NCBI GenBank assembly: GCA_963788655.1
Contig: CAWBHS010000012.1
Coordinates: 1 to 63,346, forward strand
Reading direction: 5' to 3'
From: an uncultured Verrucomicrobiae bacterium
GTDB taxonomy: Bacteria; Verrucomicrobiota; Verrucomicrobiia; Limisphaerales; JAFGQR01
Length of the DNA stretch: 63,346 nt
In this document: positions 22,272-32,210 of the stretch, piece by piece
How the letters are laid out: every line of letters begins with the position of its first letter
How positions within the stretch are numbered: the first letter of the stretch is position 1
Position numbers and translations under genes: made by a program
The notes under the pieces: model-generated
What the model saw: the letters and a program-made list of their open reading frames with translations, nothing else
Told to the model about the DNA's origin: nothing
The model's database searches: none

Positions 22272-22471
22272 CGCAGTGCTGTTCGGAATTCTTCCTCTGA
22301 CAGGCCAGAAGTCCGCCCTTCAACTACGTCTTCAAGGCGGTGGATTCCTTCGGTTACCGCTGCATTCAGCGAAGCAGGAACTACCACGCTTTCGATTAGC
22401 TGTCGCGCCAGTTCCAAACGGTCTTCCACCGAAAGTTCCATTATTGTCTGGTTGATTTCTTCAGAGAGCAT
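22268..22471 (-). CDS. addiction module antitoxin (TIGR02574-like)
   Basis: 67 aa acidic protein, LSVEDRLELARQLIES...RRLE-type signature, directly upstream of the toxin. Confidence 0.75.
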   Translation of the reverse strand: MLSEEINQTIMELSVEDRLELARQLIESVVVPASLNAAVTEGIHRLEDVVEGRTSGLSEEEFRTALR

Positions 22472-22539
22472 GCAACAGAAATTACAACTCGAACAGCAGT
22501 GCGCAAGAATGAATACACCATTGACTTACTGAAGTCCGC

Positions 22540-23907
22540 TCATCGCCCGGGCGGTTGCCAGGGGACGGCACCGCCCCGCTGGATGTGGACGCGCAGGGCG
22601 GCTTCCATTTCGTTGAACACCCTGCGTTCCTTCCCCGCGAGGTCCGTCGTTTCCGCCGGGTCGTTTTTCACATTGAACAATTCCAACGGCGCAAACGGAC
22701 TGTCCTGGACGAGCTTCCAATCGCCGCGTCGCAGCGCTTCGATGGTTTTGCCCCCATAGGTGTTGTTGCCTTCGCGCCGGACAAAATAATACTCCCGGCT
22801 GGCGGGCGCTGGCTCGGTTCCCAACAACACCGGCAGGCAACTAACCCCATCAATGCCCGCCGGCACGTCGGCTCCGGCTGCCTCGAGCAAGGTGGGCAAC
22901 AAATCCATGGTCAATGCAACCTGGGCGCTGCGGCTGCCGGACTTGATTTTGCCCGGCCAACGCGCGGCAAACGGCACCCGCAACCCGCCTTCGTACATGT
23001 GCTGTTTGCCGGAACGCCAGGAACCATTGTTGGCGCCCGCGCTCAGCAAACCGCCATTGTCGGACGTGAAAATCACCAGCGTATTCGTGGCCAGGCCCGT
23101 TTGATCCAGCGTCTTCAATACGCGGCCAATGCCCGCATCCAAGTGCTCGATCAAGGCCACCAGTTTAGCCCGGCGCAGCGGCAGGTCCGGTTCACGCTGA
23201 CGCACTTTGGCCAGCCAGTCGTTGGGCGGCTGGACCGGGTTGTGCGGCGCGTTGTAAGCGAGATACAGGAAGAAAGGGTGGTCCAACCGGGCCTGCTCCT
23301 CGATCCAGGCGCAAGCCCAGTCGGTAAACAAATCCGTCGCGTGCCCTTGGGGATTGATGACTTCGCGATTCAGCCGGAGGTAATTTGTTCCGTGCCGGAG
23401 ATGCGTCCAGTAGTCGTCCATCATGTCGCCGAGAAACCCGTGAAAGAAGTCAAAGCCGCGGTCGTTGGGCGTATTGGGGGCGGTCAGGCCCAGGTGCCAT
23501 TTACCAACAATCCCCGTGTGGTAGCCAGCCGGCTTGAGCAACTGCGGCATCAGCACGGCCTTCGCCGCCAGGTATCCCCAGGAATCGTCCGCGTGACTGC
23601 GAATGACTCCGGGCACGCCCACCCGATCCGGATAACATCCGGTCAACAACGCCGCGCGTGTGGGTGAGCAAACGCAGCAACTGGCGTAGAAATTGTCGAA
23701 CGTCATCCCTTCCCGAAACAACCGGTCCATGTGCGGCGTCTTCAGATCGCGCGTGCCGTAGGCGCTGTATTCGGCCCGCCCCTGGTCGTCGGTGAGAATG
23801 ACCAGCAAATTCGGCAAGGCCGGTCGGCGCTCAACCTGGGCCGCACCCAAAACCATCCACGAAAAAGCAATGAACAACAGCAAGAGCCATCTGCTTACGC
23901 ATTTCAT
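22540..23907 (-). CDS. sulfatase (S1, formylglycine-dependent)
   Basis: ILTDDQG, CSPTRAALLTG, GKWHLG, FTSDNG, YEGGLRVP. Confidence 0.95.
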   Translation of the reverse strand: MKCVSRWLLLLFIAFSWMVLGAAQVERRPALPNLLVILTDDQGRAEYSAYGTRDLKTPHMDRLFREGMTFDNFYASCCVCSPTRAALLTGCYPDRVGVPGVIRSHADDSWGYLAAKAVLMPQLLKPAGYHTGIVGKWHLGLTAPNTPNDRGFDFFHGFLGDMMDDYWTHLRHGTNYLRLNREVINPQGHATDLFTDWACAWIEEQARLDHPFFLYLAYNAPHNPVQPPNDWLAKVRQREPDLPLRRAKLVALIEHLDAGIGRVLKTLDQTGLATNTLVIFTSDNGGLLSAGANNGSWRSGKQHMYEGGLRVPFAARWPGKIKSGSRSAQVALTMDLLPTLLEAAGADVPAGIDGVSCLPVLLGTEPAPASREYYFVRREGNNTYGGKTIEALRRGDWKLVQDSPFAPLELFNVKNDPAETTDLAGKERRVFNEMEAALRVHIQRGGAVPWQPPGR

Positions 23908-24187
23908 AATCGGGCAGAGTCTATCCCGTATCGCCGTGGCAACGCAACGCAGCAGGAAATCGAAGGAACGCGAATGGAGCGGCGGGAATTCCGATGGCCG
24001 AAATTCGAGGCCCGAAAGAAGCCCGCAGTCAGCAATCCAGAATCAAGTGTTCCGACCCGAGATCGCTTCGCCCGGCTGCGGCTTGAAATGAGAGCGGCCA
24101 TCGGATTTCGGATTTCTCTCGGATTTCGGCCTTAGTTCTTCGGATTTTGAACCGCCCGCCGGCTACTCGAAAAAGCGCCGAATACCT

Positions 24188-24299
24188 TTGACATCCATCG
24201 GGGGGATTTGCTAAACAAGAGCCGGTGCTGGTAGCAGGAATATCACCTCAAAGGGATTCCCCATCCCGCCTCCTTGGCTCTGCTACCAGCGCCATTTTT
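24188..24299 (+). ncRNA. candidate small RNA with its own promoter and U-tract
   Basis: TTGACA (24188-24193) and TGCTAAACA; 14-bp stem 24224-24237/24280-24293 followed by ATTTTT; inner GGGAT-TCCCC-ATCCC hairpin and CCTCCTT. Confidence 0.4.
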
Positions 24300-24350
24300 A
24301 ATTTGGCTTCTCCGTTCTGCATGACCCGTTCCGATTTTTCCGTTTCGCGC

Positions 24351-25751
24351 CTACTTCGGTGACGGCACGGAATTGGAGGCACCGTTGCCCGACTCAATTT
24401 CCACCGGTTGATTGAACATGGACTTGTAGAGTGAGAAGCGGCGAAAGACATCATTGAACGAGACGTAGAGCATGAACGAGATCAACAGCACCGCAAACCC
24501 CGTGGTCAACGCACCCTGGATACGCGGGTTCAGCGGGCGGCCCCGCACTTTCTCAAAAATCGACAGCGTAATATGGCCGCCATCGAGCACCGGAATCGGC
24601 AGCAGGTTGAGAATCGCCAGGCTGATGTTGAGCAGCACCATGAACTTCAGAGCCAGCCGATAATCGGTCTTCACCTCGGCGGCGAGCATGGCCAAAATGC
24701 CGGGTGGACCGCTGAGATCGCCGACGCCGACCCCGCTGCGCTTTCCATGAAACAAAGCCGCCAGCGTGCCGAACGTTTGCTGACAAACCTGGCCCACCAT
24801 CGTCCAAGGTAAGGGACCGGGACGCTCCACTTGATAAATCACCGTGCTGTTCGGAATCAACATGACGCCCAGAATGCCGGTGTTCGCGCCGGGGACGGCC
24901 TGGGGCGTAACCGTCAGCTTCAGACGTTCCGAACCGCGTTGGATTTCCATCGGCGTGGTTTTCTCGGGCCGTTTGCGAATGAGGTCGATCAACTGTTGTT
25001 GATCAGCGATCGGGATTCCGGCAAAGGAAATCACCTCATCGCCCTTCTTTAATCCGGCCTCGGCACCGGCGCCATCCCGCGACACGCTGGCGATGCTCGG
25101 CCGTCCCGACGGTTCGAGCTCGAGCACTTTAACGTCCAGTTCCTGGTTAACGATCGCGGGCAAGTGATACGTGGTGCGCGTACCGTCTCGCTGGATGGTT
25201 ACGGGCAGTACATTGGTGAGCGCCAGGGCGGTGGTCTGCTGAACTTCCTGCCAGGTTTTGACGGGCTTGCCGTCCACGGCCACGATGCGGTCGCCGGCGC
25301 GGATACCCAATTTTGCCGCCGGCGAATCGGGTGGCACCATACCTATGACGGCTGGGTTGGCGGGCCGCGGCAGCCCCAGAAAATAGATGGCGGACGCAAT
25401 GACGAAAGCAAACACCACGTTCATGACTGGTCCGGCAAGGGCGACGAGGATTTTGGAGCCAGGCGAAGCCGGTGGCAAGGGTTCTTGTTCCTGCGTTTCG
25501 CCCTCGAGGGATTCCGCGGTGACCATCTGGGGCAACTTGACGTACCCGCCCGCTGGAATCCACCGCCAGCTATAGGCAACGCCGTCGCGCATCCAGCCAA
25601 AGATCTTGGGGCCGAAGCCGATCGAAAACTCCTCGACTTTCAGCCCGCGCCGCCGGGCCACCCAAAAGTGTCCGAATTCATGAACGAACACCGATGCCCC
25701 GAAAAGGAGCACCACCGCGGCAATCACATAGACCCAACTCAGTAATTCCAT
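24351..25751 (-). CDS. rseP: RIP metalloprotease RseP (M50, two PDZ domains)
   Basis: HEFGH, FSIGFGP, IPAGGYVK, AGPVMN, NLLPIPVLDGG. Confidence 0.9.
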   Translation of the reverse strand: MELLSWVYVIAAVVLLFGASVFVHEFGHFWVARRRGLKVEEFSIGFGPKIFGWMRDGVAYSWRWIPAGGYVKLPQMVTAESLEGETQEQEPLPPASPGSKILVALAGPVMNVVFAFVIASAIYFLGLPRPANPAVIGMVPPDSPAAKLGIRAGDRIVAVDGKPVKTWQEVQQTTALALTNVLPVTIQRDGTRTTYHLPAIVNQELDVKVLELEPSGRPSIASVSRDGAGAEAGLKKGDEVISFAGIPIADQQQLIDLIRKRPEKTTPMEIQRGSERLKLTVTPQAVPGANTGILGVMLIPNSTVIYQVERPGPLPWTMVGQVCQQTFGTLAALFHGKRSGVGVGDLSGPPGILAMLAAEVKTDYRLALKFMVLLNISLAILNLLPIPVLDGGHITLSIFEKVRGRPLNPRIQGALTTGFAVLLISFMLYVSFNDVFRRFSLYKSMFNQPVEIESGNGASNSVPSPK

Positions 25752-26026
25752 GCCGCGACTCTAAGCGATAACCGGGCTAAAAATCCAGAGTTAGAGTTTC
25801 AGTTTGTGGACTATTTTCAGACGAGCGCGGCGCGGTATGCGGAGTGAAACCGAGGGCCGAAAGAAGCTGAAATCCGAATAATTTCCGCTTGAAGGCGTCT
25901 TGCCGAGGAATGGGCTAAAAGCGCTTCGAAATTCAGCACTTTCGGATTTTGGCCTTCGGATTTCATGCGCCTGCTCACGGAGGCTTGTTTCCTCGCGATT
26001 GCGGCTTCATGCTCACGGGCGCTACC

Positions 26027-26926
26027 ATGAAAGCGCTCTGCATTCACGCTCATTTTGATGACTACGAATTTGTCGTCGCCGGCACGTTTGAATTGTGTCG
26101 TCGCCGATTGGGGAAGGACTTTCGCGGCCGGGTGATTGTCTGCACCGACGGCCAGGCCGGCCACCATTTTCGCCCCCGCGAAGAGACGGGACAGCTTCGG
26201 CTGAAGGAGCAACACGCGTCGGCCGCGTTGGGCCAATACGAATTCGAATTGCTCCGGTTGCCGAACGGACAGGTGCCGCGGGAAGCGTGCCAGACCGTGA
26301 CCTCAGATTTTTTGGCGGCGCTATGGAAGGCCATTCGGGATTTTGAACCGGACTATTTGTTTTGCCCGCCGTTGCCGGCCGATCCGCGGGCGGGTGTTCA
26401 CAGCGATCACGTGGTCGTAGCCGAAGCCGTCCGCCGCGTGGCGTACATGATCAATGTGCCGCATGCGTTCACCCCCGAATACCCCGCCGATGAAACGCAA
26501 TCCGCGCCGTGCAAAGTCCCCGTGATCTTGAACGTTTATGACGGTTACATGTTCGGAGCCAACGCATTTGATTTTGCGGTCGATGTCGAGGAAGCGTTCC
26601 CCTTGATTGGCCGGCTGTCCTGGTGCCACCAATCGCAAATCACCGAATGGCTGCCCTGGGTGGGCCGGCATGACATGCAAGCTCCGCACAACCTGGACGA
26701 ATGGACACAGACCTTGCGGCGGCGGTTCACGCGCAAGAACCGCGAACTGAGCCTGGCCACGGAGCACGCGATGGAGGTCTTTACGGTTACCGCCTGGGGC
26801 GTGATCCCGACGGTCGAACAGCTTTGCCGTGATTTCCCGGGCATTGTCCCCGACTTGTCCTCGCTGGAGCCGCTGGGAAAACGATTGGCGATGTGGCGGG
26901 GAGAGTCGAATGGGGTGAAGGATTGA
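26027..26926 (+). CDS. PIG-L/LmbE family deacetylase
   Basis: HAHFDD, TDGQAG, HSDH motifs. Confidence 0.8.
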   Translation: MKALCIHAHFDDYEFVVAGTFELCRRRLGKDFRGRVIVCTDGQAGHHFRPREETGQLRLKEQHASAALGQYEFELLRLPNGQVPREACQTVTSDFLAALWKAIRDFEPDYLFCPPLPADPRAGVHSDHVVVAEAVRRVAYMINVPHAFTPEYPADETQSAPCKVPVILNVYDGYMFGANAFDFAVDVEEAFPLIGRLSWCHQSQITEWLPWVGRHDMQAPHNLDEWTQTLRRRFTRKNRELSLATEHAMEVFTVTAWGVIPTVEQLCRDFPGIVPDLSSLEPLGKRLAMWRGESNGVKD

Positions 26927-27212
26927 AGGGGTGAAGCGTGAAGCGTGAAATGTGAAGAGTTGAAGGGGCGGAGGTTGGTGAAGTGACGCGGAGTTTGTAG
27001 GATCACAGCAGAACCTAGCGAAACCGCCAACACGCAGGACAGCCGTCCCGACTGTTCGGAAGCAGAAGGCGCGTTCGAGATGACAGCGAGGTTCCGTAGC
27101 AGCGGAAGCTTCCAGCGCTTCGAGACAGGCGGGACGCCTTTCCTACCATTTCAACAGCGTCGCTTGAGTTTCAGTGCAGAGGATCCGGCAAAGAGCGGTG
27201 TTCACCGGTTGG

Positions 27213-28637
27213 TCATTTAGAGTCTGCCGACGCGTTGGCCGGCAACCGCAGGCTGGGATCGCCGAAGAGCATGAATTTCATTCCCTGGAAAAAGATGCTG
27301 GGCGGGTACCAGCTTTGGGTTGGCTTCAAGCTGGCCAGATGTTCCTTCCCGTAATAATGGCGGATGGCCTGGGCCCAACAATCACCGAGACGCGGTTCAT
27401 GGGTTTTGGCGAAGGCGGTGACGAAACCTTCCACGAGGGTCAAACCGCACGGCTGGCTACCGGTGTTGCAACCGATGTACGCCACGGCTCCGTTGGCGTT
27501 CCGCTTGAGAATCTGCTCGCCCAGGCCGGTGGGATTGAAACGACCTGATTGGAACGGCGCGGGCGGCGGAGGCGGTGCTTTGAACTGCTCACGGTGATAA
27601 GTGCCCGCGTGTTCCTTGCCGTCCACGTCCACGTAACCATCATACGGCGCCAGGGGCGCAAAGTAAGCCGTGCTGCATCCCGCTGAAATGACAACCGGCA
27701 ACCGCGCTGCATTGGTAATGCGATCCAAGTCGCGCACGGAAAAACACTGCTCCCAGGCATCCGGTTGGCCATGGCCGGTGTGTACGGCTAGATCCAATCC
27801 GGCGTTTAGAAGCGCACGCAGTTCCTGATGATTAGGCGGCGGCGTGCCGGAGGATCGGCGGGCATCGGAGTAAAAGCGTTTGTCCACCGTCCATGCGTTC
27901 GTGAATTGAGCCGCCAGCCGCCCCATCTGGCGGCGGCTGTCCACCCAGCCACCCACCGCGAAGAATGCCGCCCGTCGCTGGACCACAGTCGTGTTGGTGA
28001 GCACGCTATCTTCGTAAGCCATGGTTTTATCAGCCACGCGGCGCACTTCCTCAGGCGTGCTAACCGGCCAGCGTCCCACAGCAATATCCGGACGGTAATC
28101 GACCCGGTCGAAGTTGATCGGATCTTGTTTATTTTTCTCGCCGCGCACTTCGCCGAAATAACCGGCATGGAAGGACTCCTGTTGGGCATTCCAATTGTCG
28201 AAGGCGCCGTCCGGCTTGGCAAGGTCGCTGTAATACAGATCGCTTGGATAGAAAGCGTAGTCGAAAGCCTCCGGCGTGACGCGATCCAGCACCATGTAAC
28301 GCACCGGCATTACGTCCACGTCACCGACCAACAACGTGTAGCCGAGGCCGTGCTGACGCCATTCGTTGTACAGGAAACGCTTGAGTTTTTCGGGCGCATC
28401 CACGCCGGAGGTGTTTTTGAGAATGTCCTCCAGCGAGCATAGTTCCGTGGGCAGAAGTTTTTGTTTGTGCGCAATGAATTCGCCCAATGCTGGAACGAAA
28501 GTGGATGGCGTAATCACGAGGAGCCGCTGAGACGCCGGTGCGGGTCTCGGGCGCACGTCAGTAAGTTGGCCGCCGGCAGACAATGCCGCCAGAGCGAACG
28601 CAAATGTCACGGAGATTAACGGATGTATTCTGATCAC
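27213..28637 (-). CDS. C25 (gingipain-like) cysteine peptidase
   Basis: LLVGDVD, SDLYYSDL, AVGRWPV, HTGHG, GCST, LFGDPSL. Confidence 0.8.
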   Translation of the reverse strand: MIRIHPLISVTFAFALAALSAGGQLTDVRPRPAPASQRLLVITPSTFVPALGEFIAHKQKLLPTELCSLEDILKNTSGVDAPEKLKRFLYNEWRQHGLGYTLLVGDVDVMPVRYMVLDRVTPEAFDYAFYPSDLYYSDLAKPDGAFDNWNAQQESFHAGYFGEVRGEKNKQDPINFDRVDYRPDIAVGRWPVSTPEEVRRVADKTMAYEDSVLTNTTVVQRRAAFFAVGGWVDSRRQMGRLAAQFTNAWTVDKRFYSDARRSSGTPPPNHQELRALLNAGLDLAVHTGHGQPDAWEQCFSVRDLDRITNAARLPVVISAGCSTAYFAPLAPYDGYVDVDGKEHAGTYHREQFKAPPPPPAPFQSGRFNPTGLGEQILKRNANGAVAYIGCNTGSQPCGLTLVEGFVTAFAKTHEPRLGDCWAQAIRHYYGKEHLASLKPTQSWYPPSIFFQGMKFMLFGDPSLRLPANASADSK

Positions 28638-28686
28638 AATGAGCTAAGACCTGGGGTTTCGGACCGTAATTACAATAATGGTTTCA

Positions 28687-28804
28687 ACGTGCTGTCGGCA
28701 TCTTGCCGGCAGTTTGGAACGGGCCGTTCGCATACTACCCCCCCGAGCGCATTCGAAGGCCACAATCGAGTCCGTTTCTGCTGGCGAGACGCCAGCAGCA
28801 CGTT
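28687..28804. repeat. dispersed copy of the 122-bp-unit REP family (same ends, different core)
   Basis: AACGTGCTGTCGGCATCTTGCCGGCAG ... CTGCTGGCGAGACGCCAGCAGCACGTT; a single end also occurs at ~42937-42964. Confidence 0.8.
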
Positions 28805-28868
28805 GCTGAACTCGTACGTCGGGTGCCCAATCCGGCGCGTATTGCTTCAACCGAGCCACTGGCGCCTA

Positions 28869-30407
28869 TCATTTCGGTCCTTCAGCTTTCGGACTTCTTT
28901 CGGATTCCGTCACGGGTTTCATCGTCAGTGGATCGCGCAGTGGCAATTCAGTAATAGGGCCAAAATCGGACAGTTTTTGGGAGTGGTCTGGATGGCCTTT
29001 CAGGATGTCGGCCTTGTGGCCGACGACGAGGACGACGAGCCGCGCCTGCTTCAAATACTTCTTTGCCACCCGCTGAACGTCCGCCGCCGTCACCGCGTCA
29101 ACCCGGCGGCGGTAGTTTTTCCAGTAAGCCGGATCCTCCGCGTAGCGACCGGTGAACTCATCCTGCGCAAAGGTGTTCGCCACCTGGCTTTTGGTGGAGA
29201 ACCGCCGGGGGAAGGTGTCAATGAACGATCGTTTGGCGGTCGTCAGTTCCCCAGCACTGACGGGCTCAGCGCCGATTTGCTGCATCTCTTTTTTCATGAT
29301 CGCAATGGCGTAGGGCACGGTGCCGGATTTGGTTTGGAAACCGGCGGTGTATGGCGGAGCGTAATAGACACCGCCGGGGAAGCGCGAATGAACGGAGTAG
29401 GCCAGACCCTCGTCCGAGCGCACCCGGTTCATCATGCGCGAAGTAAATCCGCCGCCGCCCAAAATGTCGTTCATGACCATGATGGCAAAGTAGTCGGGAT
29501 TGTCGCGCATGACGCCGGGCAGCAGCAGATCCACACGTCCCTGGTTCACATCCTTGTCCACGAGATAAACTCCCGGTTTGGCCAATTCAATCTTGCCGGG
29601 GACAGTCGGAGCGCGCTCGCCTTCGAACGGCCAGTTGGCAAACAGCTTTTCCAGCTTCTGAAGCATCGTGTCGCGGTCGAAGTCACCATTCACTGCCACA
29701 ATAAAATTGGCCGGATGAAACCAGCGATGGTGGAAGGTGCGGAGATCGTCCTCGGTGATGGCATCCAGCGAGGCCTGGGTGGAGTAGCGATTCGCCCAAA
29801 ACGATTCGCCGTAAGCCAGGAACCCGCGCTCGCGGCCTTCGATGTCGGACGAGTCGTCGTTGCGCTGTTTCATCGCTTGCAGCATTTGCTGTTTGCGCAA
29901 CGCAAATTTGTCCGGTTGGAAGCGCGGTTCGGTGAGGACCTCGCGCAGAATGGACAGCCCCTCGTCCAGGTCTTTGGAAAGCAGATTCAAGCTGATGCTG
30001 CCTTCGGTAGCGCCCACGCCGGAACCCAGGTTGGCCGCGAGAAATGCCAGGCGTTCTTCGAGATCTTCGGCGGTGCGGGATTTGGTGCCGCCACGCGCCA
30101 AAAGGTAACCCGTCAAACTGGCCAGGCCCTCTTTGCCGGCAGGTTCCAGGTAGTCGCCGGTGCGGACATAAATGACGAGGTTGACCAGCGGCAGTTCGCG
30201 GTCGGGAACCACATAGGCGATGGGCCCGGACTTCAGTTCAACGCGATACTCCGCGGGATTCGGCGGCTCATACACCAGTGGTGGGAAGGTGAGTTTCTCC
30301 GGCCGGTCGGGAATGCCGGTGGTTTTGGTTTGGTCTTGCGGCGGACTGAACGCACAAAGGGCGGCAACCAATCCGAGGCCGAAGATAAAAGTCGCGTGGA
30401 TTTTCAT
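28869..30407 (-). CDS. M16 peptidase, non-catalytic subunit
   Basis: [29 protein letters not shown]; no HxxEH. Confidence 0.85.
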   Translation of the reverse strand: MKIHATFIFGLGLVAALCAFSPPQDQTKTTGIPDRPEKLTFPPLVYEPPNPAEYRVELKSGPIAYVVPDRELPLVNLVIYVRTGDYLEPAGKEGLASLTGYLLARGGTKSRTAEDLEERLAFLAANLGSGVGATEGSISLNLLSKDLDEGLSILREVLTEPRFQPDKFALRKQQMLQAMKQRNDDSSDIEGRERGFLAYGESFWANRYSTQASLDAITEDDLRTFHHRWFHPANFIVAVNGDFDRDTMLQKLEKLFANWPFEGERAPTVPGKIELAKPGVYLVDKDVNQGRVDLLLPGVMRDNPDYFAIMVMNDILGGGGFTSRMMNRVRSDEGLAYSVHSRFPGGVYYAPPYTAGFQTKSGTVPYAIAIMKKEMQQIGAEPVSAGELTTAKRSFIDTFPRRFSTKSQVANTFAQDEFTGRYAEDPAYWKNYRRRVDAVTAADVQRVAKKYLKQARLVVLVVGHKADILKGHPDHSQKLSDFGPITELPLRDPLTMKPVTESERSPKAEGPK

Positions 30408-31992
30408 GACTTGGTTTGAGATTCCTTGGTGGAGGAAGGCTTGCGGGTGTAAATGGCCACGTTGCGGTTTTCGCGCGTCAAATATTCGTTCACGACGCGT
30501 TTGACATCGGCGGCGGTGACGGCTTGGTGCCGGGCGCCGGCCTCGTTGATTTCGCGCCAGTTGCCCAATCCGTCATAGAAGATCAATTGAAAGAGGATCG
30601 ACATATTCGAACCCAGTTTCCGGTACTCGTAGGCGGCAAAATTGTTTTTGACCTTCTGCAATTCTTCCGGCGGCACCTCCTCGTTCTTGAGCTTGTCCAG
30701 TTCCGCATAGATGGCCTGTTCCACTTCCTCGGGCGTATGGCCGTCTTTGGCTTCGGCTTGGATGCCAAACAGACCGGCCCATTTGCGATGGTCGGCATAC
30801 GAGGAAGCTTGCGTGGCCACTTCCTTGCCCAGCACCAATCCTTTGTAAAGCCGACCGGTGCGCGTGGACAGAATCTGGGAAAGAATATCGAACACGTACG
30901 AATCCCGATGCCCAAATGGCACCGTGTGCCAGACGAATATCGACCTGCGGATTGGCTTCCGCCTCGGCATACATGCGCTTCTCGGCAAGTTGCTTGATTT
31001 CCGCAGTCACAACTTCCGGCGCATCCGCTTTGCCGCGCGGGATGCGGCCAAAGTATTTCTCCGCCATCGGCGCAATGGCATCCGGTTTGAAGTCGCCCAC
31101 GAGGATCAAGGTGATGTTTTGCGGCGCATAATAAAGGGCGTAAAACTTGTCCGCCTCGATCCTTGGTGATGGCGGGCAAATCCGATGGCCAGCCCACCAC
31201 CGGCCAACTATACGGATGCGATTCCCAGACCATCGCCTGGAAGGCTTCCTCGAATTTGCCCAACGGCGTCGAGTCGGTGCGCATGCGGCGTTCTTCGTGG
31301 ACCACGTCCCGTTCGGCATAGAATTCGCGGAAGACCGGGTGCAAAAGGCGCTCGCACTCCATCCAGCACCAGAGTTCCAGTTTGTTGGCCGGCACCGTGA
31401 TGAAATACGCGGTCATGTCCTCCGAGGTGAAGGCGTTCATGCCGGAACCGCCCGCAGTGGTATAAACCCGGTCAAATTCGTTTTTCACGAGAATGTCGCG
31501 CTGTTCGGCAATGAGCTTCTGAAATTCCTGGTCCAATTCCTTGAGGCGCGGCGTGCGATTCTCCGGCTGAATACGGATTGTCGATTTCCCCCCGCCGCCA
31601 GGCGGCGCGCAGTTTGGCCTGTTCCGCCGCATGGCGCCGCGCAATTGTTCCTGTTGGGCGATGATCTCAAGATCCTTGGGGTAGTTCCGGGTGCCAATCG
31701 TCGGCGTGCCTTTGAACATCATGTGCTCGAACAAATGCGCAATGCCGGTGATGCCCGGATGTTCGTTGGCGCTGCCCACGTGCGCCACCCAACCACCGGA
31801 AATCGTGGGATCGTCAGGGCGCTCGACCAACAGCACGCGCATGCCGTTGGCCAAGGTCTTCTCGACCACCGGCACTTGTTGGGCGACCAATGACCCGGTG
31901 ATCACGAGAAACAACAGCAGCAAGCCAATCCGGGCCCAAAGCTCGCCGGCCGGTTCCCAACGAATGAGAATGGATGGTTTCGGTTTCAGCAT
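30404..31992 (-). CDS. M16 (pitrilysin-like) peptidase, catalytic subunit; several frameshifts, start uncertain
   Basis: [48 protein letters not shown]; frame changes near 31620, 31575, 31160, 30940. Confidence 0.8.
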
Positions 31993-32210
31993 GTCCCCAG
32001 CACACCAGCAAAACCGGGCATCGTCAACCGGCAAACCGTGACCACAAACCGCGGGAAGACACGACAACGCGACTGGCTTGTGCCGGCGACTTACGAGTTC
32101 GCAGGGCGTTGGCAGCCCGAGTGTGAAAACACTCCGTGGTTGCGGCTTTACGTCTCTTGTGATAACTCGATTCCCTTGGCACCCAAAAACGTCTCTTGAA
32201 ATCGCTTATT

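Noticed and set aside
24224..24294. tRNA (ends in GCGCCA)
   Set aside because: No T-arm GTTCRA and no cloverleaf; it forms one long closing stem instead.
26927..26990. GTGAAG-rich short repeats
   Set aside because: Low-complexity intergenic tract with no supportable function.
28623..30419. Long antisense ORFs (also 41096-42331, 53381-54763, 22555-23667, 11456-12751)
   Set aside because: They are shadow frames of well-supported genes in GC-rich DNA and show no recognisable motifs.
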